64,000 nucleotides of DNA from Kiritimatiellia bacterium. Lineage in GTDB: Bacteria > Verrucomicrobiota > Kiritimatiellia > RFP12 > UBA1067. How positions within the stretch are numbered: the stretch's first letter is position 1; each line of letters starts with the position of its first letter. The notes under the pieces are model-generated. The model searched no databases. It was not told the origin of the DNA and saw nothing but the letters and a program-made list of their open reading frames with translations. Shown here in pieces: positions 49,085 to 58,128 of the stretch. Position numbers and translations under genes: made by a program. The stretch lies in contig JBMNFY010000001.1 of the NCBI GenBank assembly GCA_050949565.1, positions 1-64,000 of the forward strand, given 5' to 3'.

Positions 49085-50866
49085 ATGTATCTGTTTGCTT
49101 TCATTTTTTGTGCGTGTGCCGCGTTGCTGGCGCGGTCGGACGATGTGTATCCCAGACCGGAGTGGCGGGATGCGCCTGATCCGCTGGCCAGCCCGTACGC
49201 TGAACCGGGCGGCATGATCCGCTTTGCGGCGTTTCAGCCACCGAAAAGCCTGAATGCCTACATCGATAACAACACCTATACCCGTCAGGTGTTCGGCATG
49301 ATGTATGAGTCGCTGTTGGGTGTGGACTCGCTCACCACGGAGTTCGTGCCGTATCTCGCCAAGCGCTGGACGATCTCCGACGATAAGCTCACCTATACCT
49401 TTGAGCTTGATGAGGCCGCCGCATGGAGCGACGGCCGACCGGTCACGGCGGAGGATGTGAAGTGGACCTTCGACCAAGTGATGGATCCGCGTCACGCCAC
49501 TGGCCCATCGAAGGTGATGCTCGGGGTGTTCGAGTCGCCGCAGATTCTGGGGCCGCGCACGGTTCGCTTCCGCGCGAAGGAGAGCCACTGGCGCAATCTG
49601 AGCGCGCTCGGCCTCTTTGAGATCCTGCCCCGGCATGCGTTCGAGGGACAAGATTTTAACCGCCTCGATCTCGACCATCCGGTGGTTTCCGGCCCCTATG
49701 TGCTGAGTGCGGTCAAGGAGCAGATCGAAATCCGTCTGCGGCGGCGGCGCGATTGGTGGGCCGGCTCCAAGCCCTCGACGCGCAACACCATGAATTTCGA
49801 TACGGTTGTCTTCCGCTATTTTTCCAGCAACGAGAATGCCTTCGAAGCGTTTAAAAAAGGGCTGGTGGATGTCTATGCGGTCTATACGGCACGTATCTGG
49901 GCCAATGAGACGATCGGTGAAAAGTTCGATAAGAACTGGATCGTGAAGCGGCGCGTGAAAAACCATGACCCCATCGGTTTCCAAGGCTTCGCAATGAACA
50001 TGCGCCGCCCGCCCTTTGATGATCTGCGCGTGCGCAAAGCCATGGCTCATTTGGTGGATCGCGAGACGATGATCCGCACCATGATGTTCGGCGCTTATTT
50101 CCTGCACCGCTCCTATTTCGAAGACCTCTACGATGCCGATCATCCCTGCACCAACGAGGAGTTCCCCTTTGATATCGCCCGCGCCAAAGCCCTGCTGCGC
50201 GAGGCAGGCTACACGGCCAATCCGCAGACCGGCATTCTGGAAAAGCAGGGGAGGCCGCTGGCGTTCCGGTTTCTCACACGCGACGGGGGGAGCGACAAGT
50301 TCCTGGCGCTCTGCTCTGCGGCCTTCCGTGAGGTCGGCATTTCGATGACCATCGAGCGTAAGGATTTCGCCTCATGGATGCGCGACATGGATGCGTTCAA
50401 TTTCGACGTGACTTGGGCCGCGTGGGGCGGGTCGATTTTCCGCGATCCCGAGAGCATGTGGCTCTCGTCCGAGGCGGACCGTCCTTCCGGCAACAACATC
50501 ACCGGTTTCAAAGACCCGCAGGTGGATGCATTGATCGAGCGTCAGAAGACGATGTTCAGCATCACGGAGCGTAACGCGATCTGCCGCGAGATTGACAAAC
50601 GGATCGCCGCCGCAGTCCCGTATGTGCTCTTGTGGAATATCGATGCCACCCGGCTGCTCCATTGGGACACCTTCGGCATGCCGGACACCGTGCTGTCGAA
50701 GTATGGCGACGAGCGTTCGCTGCTCGGCTACTGGTGGTACGATCCCGATTCGGCATCGGAACTGCGTGCTGCGATGGCCGCGGGCGATGTTCTGCCGCGA
50801 CGTCCCATTCTTGTTGATTTCGACACTGTTTTCAACCCGCCGAGAGGTGCGCGGCCGCCGCCTTGA
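49085..50866 (+). CDS. ABC transporter substrate-binding protein, family 5 (YejA-like)
   Basis: YESLL...PYLA..W.IS.D...TF.L...A.WSDG.PVTAEDVKWTF, SGPY, FDDLRVRKAM. Confidence 0.9.
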   Translation: MYLFAFIFCACAALLARSDDVYPRPEWRDAPDPLASPYAEPGGMIRFAAFQPPKSLNAYIDNNTYTRQVFGMMYESLLGVDSLTTEFVPYLAKRWTISDDKLTYTFELDEAAAWSDGRPVTAEDVKWTFDQVMDPRHATGPSKVMLGVFESPQILGPRTVRFRAKESHWRNLSALGLFEILPRHAFEGQDFNRLDLDHPVVSGPYVLSAVKEQIEIRLRRRRDWWAGSKPSTRNTMNFDTVVFRYFSSNENAFEAFKKGLVDVYAVYTARIWANETIGEKFDKNWIVKRRVKNHDPIGFQGFAMNMRRPPFDDLRVRKAMAHLVDRETMIRTMMFGAYFLHRSYFEDLYDADHPCTNEEFPFDIARAKALLREAGYTANPQTGILEKQGRPLAFRFLTRDGGSDKFLALCSAAFREVGISMTIERKDFASWMRDMDAFNFDVTWAAWGGSIFRDPESMWLSSEADRPSGNNITGFKDPQVDALIERQKTMFSITERNAICREIDKRIAAAVPYVLLWNIDATRLLHWDTFGMPDTVLSKYGDERSLLGYWWYDPDSASELRAAMAAGDVLPRRPILVDFDTVFNPPRGARPPP

Positions 50867-50921
50867 GCGGTGTCGTGCCTCCCGAATTGACGCTTCACCC
50901 TTAACCTTAACTGCTATCATC

Positions 50922-51719
50922 ATGTTTCCGATTCAACTTGACCGACCCTTGATTGTGTTTGATATTGAAGCCACCGGCATCAGCCCGCGCGCGGACCGAA
51001 TCATCGAACTGGCCGCAATCCGGATCGAGCCGGATGGCACGCAGGTCAACGGCTACTGGCTGTTGAACCCCGGTGTTCCGATCCCGATCGAAACGACCGC
51101 CATTCACGGCATCACCGACGAGATCGTGGCCTCCCAGCCGACCTTTAAAGACAAGGCGCTGGAGATCCTGGCTTTCTTCGGCGAAGCAGACCTGGCAGGC
51201 TTTAACGCGGGTCGTTTCGACATTCCGATGCTGGCCGAAGAGTTCGCGCGCGCGGGCATCACGTTCGAGGCCGACCGTCGCAGGTTACTTGACGCACAAC
51301 GCATCTTCCACACGCGGGAACCGCGTGATCTTTCGGCCGCGCTGAGTTTCTACTGCGGCCGCGAGCATGTCGATGCGCACGGTGCCGAGGCGGACGTACG
51401 CGCGACGCTGGATGTGATTCTTGGTCAGTTCAAGAAATACGCTGATCTGCCGCGTGACATGGAGACGCTGGACCGCACCTTCAATCCGATTGATCCGTTT
51501 AACGCCGACCGTGCTGGTCGTCTGCGCTGGGTGGACGGCGAGTTGACCGTGAATTTCGGCAGGAAAAAGGGTGCCAAACTGAAAGATCTTGTCCGTGATG
51601 ATCCGAGTTTCGTGAAGTGGATCATCAAAAACGATTTTCCTCAGGATACGCGCGCGATTTGCGAGGACGCGCTCAAGGGTGTTTTTCCCGCGCCGCCGCG
51701 CCCCAAAGGTGATAAGTAG
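50922..51719 (+). CDS. DEDDh 3'-5' exonuclease (DnaQ-like)
   Basis: FDIEATG, IHGI, GFN..FD, H.A.AD; C-terminal FG.KKG. Confidence 0.9.
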   Translation: MFPIQLDRPLIVFDIEATGISPRADRIIELAAIRIEPDGTQVNGYWLLNPGVPIPIETTAIHGITDEIVASQPTFKDKALEILAFFGEADLAGFNAGRFDIPMLAEEFARAGITFEADRRRLLDAQRIFHTREPRDLSAALSFYCGREHVDAHGAEADVRATLDVILGQFKKYADLPRDMETLDRTFNPIDPFNADRAGRLRWVDGELTVNFGRKKGAKLKDLVRDDPSFVKWIIKNDFPQDTRAICEDALKGVFPAPPRPKGDK

Positions 51720-51925
51720 AATAAGCAGTAAGTTGAAATAGCAAGCAGAAACCGTGAAATCATATCCGACCGTTTTTCAGAAACCGCTTTCGGGTTGACT
51801 GATCGGCCCGTGATGTAGTAGAGTCCCTGTGTAATTGAATGTGGAGGTAGCGCAAGGGCGGGGGCAGTCGTCACCTTCTGGCCCAAGAAAGAGCCGCCCA
51901 GGGTCAGCTCTAACGTTATTTGGAT

Positions 51926-52903
51926 ATGCCAACTCCTTCATACCTTTATTGCGTGATCACGGTCAGCATCCTGTGGACGCTCTGGTTCATCGCCCTCGGT
52001 TTGGAGCGCGGGTGGTTCCGCGACGTATGGCAGGGTTGGGCAACCTTGCCGCCTTCCACGAAGGCCATCATGGCCGTGTTATGCGTGTATTGCACGGTGA
52101 TCGCGCAGAAGCCGACCAACGTGAACAACTCCGCCGCGTCGCCGCACACCGGACAGCCGGCGGGCGGCGCGGTCGCTCAGCAACAACAGGCGCAGCCCGC
52201 CTCGCCCTCAACGCCGCCGCCCTTGCCCGCGACGCAGGGCGGACCGTCCGGCGTCCAGTCCGAACCCTCCCGCATCGTGCTCCAGGCCACACTCGCCGCC
52301 GACCCCGGAGTCGCGGCCGCGTTCAGCGGCGAGCCGGGCTGGAGCCTGCCCGCCGCCGTGCCCGCCACGCCCAGGCTCAACGCGCTCTCGTTCGCGGGCA
52401 ACGCGACGAACCCCGTCTCCCCCGTCTGCTTCTCCAATATCGCGGCGGTCACGGTCCAGACCCTCATGCTCGTGACGCGCGGGGACGCCGCCGACCTCGC
52501 CACGCTCGTTGACGCGCCGGAGACGGCGCGCCTGCGGCTCGTTTCCGACGGCAGCCGCCAGACGGAGCCGGGGGCGGCGGAGCTGTCGCTGACCCGGCAA
52601 TTCATCCCGCAGCAGTGGCAGGTTGTCGCCGTCGACTTCGAAAGTCCCGCCGATCTCACCGAAATGTTTTTCGGCGGCACAGCCGGACGCCCCGCCTGGA
52701 ATCGCGGCTGGCGGGGGGAGATCGCGGAGATCTTGGGGTTCAACACGCCGCCGGGCGCGGATGTCCGGGCGGGCGTGGCCAACTATCTCTCGATCCGCTG
52801 GGGTCTTGCCCCGCACCCCGCCTCGCCGGAGCAGCGCCGGGCTGCAATCGACGCGGGACTCAGCTACGGGCTTGTGTGGGGGTCGGTGCTTCTCCTAAAA
52901 TGA
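51926..52903 (+). CDS. Membrane-leader plus LamG-like accessory protein (locus B)
   Basis: Leader ..ERGWF..VWQGWATLPP..KA...CVYCTVIAQK resembles the effector A N-terminus; C-terminal half resembles 14706-15458 (LATLVDAP, VAVDF, WRGEIAEILGF...VANYLSIRWG); ends GSVLLLK. Confidence 0.7.
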   Translation: MPTPSYLYCVITVSILWTLWFIALGLERGWFRDVWQGWATLPPSTKAIMAVLCVYCTVIAQKPTNVNNSAASPHTGQPAGGAVAQQQQAQPASPSTPPPLPATQGGPSGVQSEPSRIVLQATLAADPGVAAAFSGEPGWSLPAAVPATPRLNALSFAGNATNPVSPVCFSNIAAVTVQTLMLVTRGDAADLATLVDAPETARLRLVSDGSRQTEPGAAELSLTRQFIPQQWQVVAVDFESPADLTEMFFGGTAGRPAWNRGWRGEIAEILGFNTPPGADVRAGVANYLSIRWGLAPHPASPEQRRAAIDAGLSYGLVWGSVLLLK

Positions 52904-52913
52904 GTGCGATGAC

Positions 52914-55025
52914 GTGAAAACCATGCTTCCAATCTGTTGCGCAGCGGCCGGTTTGCTGGCCGCGGTCTTGCCGGGGCGGGCCGCCCTTCCCCAGTGGTAT
53001 CAGGACGCGGGGCTGCCCGCGGCGGACACCGACGGCGACGGCATCCCCGACGCCTGGGAGCGGAGGACGTTCAGCGACCCGGCCGTCGCGGACTCCCACC
53101 TCGACCGGGACGGCGACGGGCTGACCGACCTGGAGGAGTTTGCCTTCGGCTCCGACCCGCGCACCTTCTCGACCATGGGCGACGGCTGGTCGGACCTCGA
53201 GAAGCGCGGCGCGGGGCTGGACGCCGCCTTCCGGGTCGTGCCGACGGTCAGCCACGCCCAGTGGCTGGCGTGGCTGGGCTGGGACGCGCAGACGTGGCAG
53301 AGGCTGACCGCCACCGACACGGAGGGGTTTGTCGTGGTCTATGGGGGATTCGTCTACAACACGCCGCCCTACTCGGAAGAGGCGGGCACCGTGGACTTCT
53401 GGCTGGAGACGCGCACCGACCGGCCCGCGTGGCTCACGGTGGGCGACGCGCTCACGACCAACAGCTTCCCGGTCCGGGCCGGGACCGGCCGCGTGCGCCT
53501 CCGGGTTGTCTACGGCGGGCCGGTCACGCTCACGCTCGACCCCCTGCCCGGAACGCTCGCGGATCTCCCCGGCGCGACCAACGGGCTGTGGCTCTGCGAA
53601 ATGTCGGTCCTCCCGGCGCACGCCAACACCGTCGTCTTCACGGTCGGCCAGACGCCGCCGCCCCCGCCCGGCAACCCGGACAGCGTGAACGGCCTCCTCC
53701 TGCTCGCGCCGCCGCCCGTCGGTCCCGTCCGCCCTCTGGATACACCGGCCCCGTCCGTCACGGCCCAGCCCCTGCGCATGACGGACGGCACAGTGTTCCT
53801 GGGCGGGAGCGGCTGGTACTGCCTGCGCGATAACTCCGCGTGCGCCTGGCCGGATTACGCGATGCTCGGTTGCGATCCGGTCAGCATGGAGATGTGCGGC
53901 GTCTCGGGCGACACCCCGCTTATCTCCAGAGAGGACGCGCTGGAGATTTTCATGGCGCGGCAACCCAGCATCCAATGCACGATAACCCAGCCCGTGGTGA
54001 ATGTGACCTACCCCTTCCTGCACGGCAGGGTCATCTTCCGGGTCAGGCTGTGCGAGGCCGTCGGCGGGGTCTTCGGCGCGGAACAAACCGACGGGCACGA
54101 GCCGAGCTACGAAAGCCCGTCCCGCTGCACCGGGATCGGATGCGGCTGCAAGGACGGGCCGCGCTGGGACATCGGCTTCAGCCACTCCGCCGTCAACACC
54201 CGCAACATCTTTCCCCGCATCGGGCCCGACAAGACCGACTCCCCACCCACCGAGCACTGCCTCGGCGTGGTCTGGAGCCCCGGCGGAAAGATCAGCCTCT
54301 TCGGCCTGCTGCACTACGGCTACCTGTACCTGCCCGACACTAACGTGCTGAGCTTCACCTCCGACAACCTGACGGTCAACGGAAAAGGCGAACTGCTGTT
54401 CGGCGACAGGCCGGAAGACTTGAAGCCCGCCATTTCGCTGGTCAAGCTGCACTACAAGCCCGATTCCGAAACAGACGTTATTTTCGACAAACTCTGGGTG
54501 GTGGTCAATGCGCCAGAAACAAAAACGGAGTTCGATGGCTGGTATGCGCGAAACGCCGACATCAGTTGGACGACGAACCTGCCGCGCCCGTTCGCCAGCA
54601 TAGCCCTCGCGACGAATGCTGCGGGAAAAGTCATCGGCCCTGTCGATCCGGAGCCTGCCGCCCCGAACCGGTGGGGAAAGCCGCATCCCATCAATTCCTA
54701 TCTCCACCATGACGCGAAGTACGAGATGCGTTCAAGGCCATCCGGCAAGCATGGGCACCAGGCGATGTATGACGACCAAGGACAACTCATTACTGCTCCG
54801 ATCGCGGCAGGGACAGCCGACCTGTACGCACCATTCGATTCACTGGGGATACCCTCGTCAGCAAAAAGCCACAGAGATCAAGATGTTTATCCGTTCATCC
54901 GCGCTTTGCAACTTGATGGCAATCCGGTGCTGTCCACGGACATCAACCGCAATCTCAACCGCCCCTGCATTTACGTGGGGCCCAACACAGACAAGTACGT
55001 CAAAAGACGCCCTGTTCTGCCATAG
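52914..55025 (+). CDS. Secreted DxDxDG-repeat protein with C-terminal AMOP-like tip (putative polymorphic effector B)
   Basis: Signal peptide; DTDGDGIPDAWE, DRDGDGLTDLEEF; tip W..LP.P...YLHHDAKYEMRS..GHQAMYD..G.LIT...AGTAD...H...DVYPF...Y..RRP. Confidence 0.75.
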   Translation: MKTMLPICCAAAGLLAAVLPGRAALPQWYQDAGLPAADTDGDGIPDAWERRTFSDPAVADSHLDRDGDGLTDLEEFAFGSDPRTFSTMGDGWSDLEKRGAGLDAAFRVVPTVSHAQWLAWLGWDAQTWQRLTATDTEGFVVVYGGFVYNTPPYSEEAGTVDFWLETRTDRPAWLTVGDALTTNSFPVRAGTGRVRLRVVYGGPVTLTLDPLPGTLADLPGATNGLWLCEMSVLPAHANTVVFTVGQTPPPPPGNPDSVNGLLLLAPPPVGPVRPLDTPAPSVTAQPLRMTDGTVFLGGSGWYCLRDNSACAWPDYAMLGCDPVSMEMCGVSGDTPLISREDALEIFMARQPSIQCTITQPVVNVTYPFLHGRVIFRVRLCEAVGGVFGAEQTDGHEPSYESPSRCTGIGCGCKDGPRWDIGFSHSAVNTRNIFPRIGPDKTDSPPTEHCLGVVWSPGGKISLFGLLHYGYLYLPDTNVLSFTSDNLTVNGKGELLFGDRPEDLKPAISLVKLHYKPDSETDVIFDKLWVVVNAPETKTEFDGWYARNADISWTTNLPRPFASIALATNAAGKVIGPVDPEPAAPNRWGKPHPINSYLHHDAKYEMRSRPSGKHGHQAMYDDQGQLITAPIAAGTADLYAPFDSLGIPSSAKSHRDQDVYPFIRALQLDGNPVLSTDINRNLNRPCIYVGPNTDKYVKRRPVLP

Positions 55026-55037
55026 GGGAATACTGAC

Positions 55038-55781
55038 ATGAAAACGAAATTCGTTTTAATTACCGTTATGCTTTGTGCTTGCCATTGCGCCGGGCAGAGC
55101 AACGTCGTTTACTACGGGACGAACGCAAGCCCGATCAGTCTCGCGTTTGCTGACACCAATCTTTCCGAATCGGCTAAGTCGGCGATCACGGCTGATTTGC
55201 GGGTGTGTTTGAGCGAGTGGGGAAAGAAAAGCGAGTTGTATATGCGCAACAAAGGCGAATCCATTGGTTACTTATACAACTTCAAAAGCAGTCCTCATTA
55301 CCCGGAAGACATAGGTTTCCCTCGAGAAATCGTAAACGGCGCATCAGGTTTGGCTCTGCATATCCCCAAAAACCTCAGCGACGCCTACACCAACGCCTTC
55401 GCGTTCGCCGCCGCGAACTCCAACATCGTGGCTGCAGCCTATGAGTTCGTAGCGTTCGTCTCCTCAACCAATTTTTTAAGCGTCACCTCCAACCAAATAG
55501 CAAATTACTTCCTGTTCAACCAAGCCACACCGCAGTTATATCAGTTGGCGTTCCACGACCTGACAAATTCCGTTCATGGGTCATCCTACTATCCGCCGAG
55601 CGTTCTCGGCTTCCACTACAGTCCAGAAGGGCCGACGCCGACCAATCTGTGGCTCTACATCCCCTCGTCATCCCCTGTGTGCGGATATATCGAATGGGGG
55701 CCGGTCACCGCTATCTGGCATGACGGAAAGTGGAAATTCAGCATTTGGGAAAAGAATCCGCATTATGAGCTACCGCAATGA
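55038..55781 (+). CDS. Secreted partner/immunity protein, paralogue 1
   Basis: Signal peptide ending GQ; SNVVYYG, DLRVCLSEWG, LSDAYTNAFAFAAANSNIVAAAYEF, YYPPS, WHDGKW. Confidence 0.75.
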   Translation: MKTKFVLITVMLCACHCAGQSNVVYYGTNASPISLAFADTNLSESAKSAITADLRVCLSEWGKKSELYMRNKGESIGYLYNFKSSPHYPEDIGFPREIVNGASGLALHIPKNLSDAYTNAFAFAAANSNIVAAAYEFVAFVSSTNFLSVTSNQIANYFLFNQATPQLYQLAFHDLTNSVHGSSYYPPSVLGFHYSPEGPTPTNLWLYIPSSSPVCGYIEWGPVTAIWHDGKWKFSIWEKNPHYELPQ

Positions 55782-55787
55782 CTCAAG

Positions 55788-56138
55788 AGCACATATTTGC
55801 ACCATGACGCGAAGTACGAGATGCGCTCAAACCCCACGTCCGCCGGGCATGGTCATCAGGCGATGTACGATGTGCATGGCGTGCTGATTGAAACTCCCAT
55901 CGCGGCAGGAAGTGCCGACTTTTTTGCCCCTTTTAACTCAATTGGCACGGCTCGGTTGAGTAATAAGCATTTGAAACAAGATGTCCAACCGTTTCTTAGA
56001 GCGTTGCAACTCGATGGCAATCCGGTGCTTCCCAGAGACATCAACCGCAATCTCAACCGCCCCTGCATCTACATGGGGTCAAACACAGACAAGTACATCG
56101 AAAAACGCCCCGTTTTACCCACAGGAACACAGCCATGA
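55788..56138 (+). pseudogene. Orphan C-terminal tip allele 2 (no proper start, no secretion domain)
   Basis: STYLHHDAKYEMRS...RALQLDGNPVL..DINRNLNRPCIY; homologous to the last ~110 aa of 52914-55025; ATGA overlap with the next gene. Confidence 0.8.
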
Positions 56139-56908
56139 AAATCAAAAAAACAGTTCGTCCTTTGATCCTCTCTGCCTTCGTGTTATTGCAGGTTACGCTA
56201 TGTCGCGGACAGAGTAACGTCGTTTACTACGGGGCGCACTCGAACGCGATACACGTCTCATTCGTTGACACCAGCCTCTCCATGTCAGCGCAGGCTTCCA
56301 TTACGGCTGATCTACGGATGTGCCTGAGTGAATGGGGAAAAACATCGGAGTTTGATTTGGGCCCTTATGAGCTCGGAGTGATCGGATATTTATACAATCC
56401 AGATAAAAGCCCGCACTATCCAGAGAACATCAGGTTCCCTCGAAAACTTGTTACAAACGACGTATCAGACTTGACTCTGCAGATTCCCAAGGCACTCAGC
56501 GACGCCTACACCAACGCCTTCGCGTTCGCCGCCGCCAACTCTAACATCGTGGCCGCGGCCTATGAGTTTGTGGCATTCGTCTCGTCAACCAATTTCCCTG
56601 GCATTTCGTCAAACGCTTTGCCCAATTATATCATGTTTAAGAATGCCCTTCCGGATGCAAATGCTGAATCCAACGCGATCGTCAATCTTGCCCCGCAAAT
56701 CATACCGGACCTGTGTGACCAGACGTATTATCCGCCAAGCATTCTCGGGTTCACATACAGCTCCGATGGGCCAGCGGCCACCAATTTGTGGATGCAGGTC
56801 CCCAATTCAAGCCCATCGGCAGGAGGGGGTAAGGATTGGGGCAAGACCACGGTTCTCTGGCATGAAAACAAGTGGCGGTTCTGTGTCTGGCTTGATTGGG
56901 TGCCGTGA
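56135..56908 (+). CDS. Secreted partner/immunity protein, paralogue 2
   Basis: Same conserved blocks as paralogue 1 with divergent intervening segments. Confidence 0.75.
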   Translation: MKIKKTVRPLILSAFVLLQVTLCRGQSNVVYYGAHSNAIHVSFVDTSLSMSAQASITADLRMCLSEWGKTSEFDLGPYELGVIGYLYNPDKSPHYPENIRFPRKLVTNDVSDLTLQIPKALSDAYTNAFAFAAANSNIVAAAYEFVAFVSSTNFPGISSNALPNYIMFKNALPDANAESNAIVNLAPQIIPDLCDQTYYPPSILGFTYSSDGPAATNLWMQVPNSSPSAGGGKDWGKTTVLWHENKWRFCVWLDWVP

Positions 56909-56918
56909 TGATGAAGCC

Positions 56919-57673
56919 ATGAAAATCAAAAAAACCGTTAGTCCTTCCATCCTCTTCGTGTCCGTGTTGTTACTGGTCAATCAGTGTCACGGACAGAGCA
57001 ATGTCATTTACTATGGAGCGAACTCAAACGCACTAAGCCTTGCGTTTGCGGATACCAATCTTTCCGAATCGGCTAAATCGGCTATTACAGAGGATTTACG
57101 AGTGTGCTTGAGCGAGTGGGGGAAACAAAGCGAGTTGTATATGCGCAACAAAGGCGAATCCATTGGTTACTTGTACAACTTCAAAAGTAGCCCTCATTAC
57201 CCAGAAGATATCACATTCCCACGGGAAATCGTATCAAACGGCGTGTCAGGCTTGGCTCTGCAGATTCCCAAGGCACTTAGCGACGCTTACACCAACGCCT
57301 TCGCGTTCGCCGCCGCGAACTCAAACATCGTGGCTGCGGCTTATGAATTTGCAGCATATCTATCCTCAACAAACTTTTATACGATTACGTCCAATGAGAT
57401 TGTGAATGTCGTTCTCGTCAAAAACGCGACTCCCGACATGTATCTGCTGTCATTCGCTGACACGACAAATTCTCTGCGCAAGCAAACATATTATCCGCCC
57501 AGTCTGCTCAGCTTCAACTATAGCCCGAACGGTCCCGCTGTCTCCAATCTTTGGATGGAAATCCCCTGTTCAAACCCGGCCCCGCGGGGGGGAGCGTAAC
57601 GTGGAATGCCTTCCCATCCATCTGGCATGACAACAAATGGAAGATCGGCATCTGGGATAATTGGGGGCGGTGA
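56919..57673 (+). pseudogene. Partner/immunity paralogue 3, frameshifted at G7 tract 57586-57592
   Basis: ORF stops at 57599; the shifted frame continues VTWNAFPSIWHDNKWKIGIWDNWGR*, matching the paralogue C-termini. Confidence 0.8.
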
Positions 57674-57682
57674 GAACGCAAA

Positions 57683-58021
57683 AACTCTTTCCTCCATCAT
57701 AACGCGAAGTACGAGATGCGTTCAAGGCCATCCGGCAAGCACGGGCATCAGGCGATGTATGACGACCAAGGACAACTCATTACTGCTCCGATCGCAGCAG
57801 GGACAGCCGACCTGTACGCACCATACGATCCACGGGGGATACCCTCGTCAGCAAGAAATCACAGAGAACAAGATGTTTATCCGTTCATCCGCGCCTTGCA
57901 ACTTGACGGCAATCCGGTGCTCCCTCGAGACATCAACCGCAATCTCACCCGCCCCTGCATCTACGTGGGACCCAACACGGACAAGTACATCGAAAAACGC
58001 CCCGTTTTACCCAATTTATAG
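57683..58021 (+). pseudogene. Orphan C-terminal tip allele 3
   Basis: NSFLHHNAKYEMRSRPSGKHGHQAMYDDQG...; near-identical to tip 1 except the central variable block and the 3' part. Confidence 0.8.
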
Positions 58022-58128
58022 GCAAGGGTTTGTGATTTGCGATTTGGGAATTGGGAACTCGTCCTTGTCAACGCAAGGCATGATCGTTTAGAATGGCCCG
58101 CATTAAGGAAATAGGAAGGAATTCAGCT

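Noticed and set aside
54700-58021. Diversity-generating retroelement (tip copies as TR/VR)
   Set aside because: No reverse transcriptase is in the window, and differences between tips involve all bases (T>A, T>C, T>G, G>A, C>T), not adenine-specific changes.
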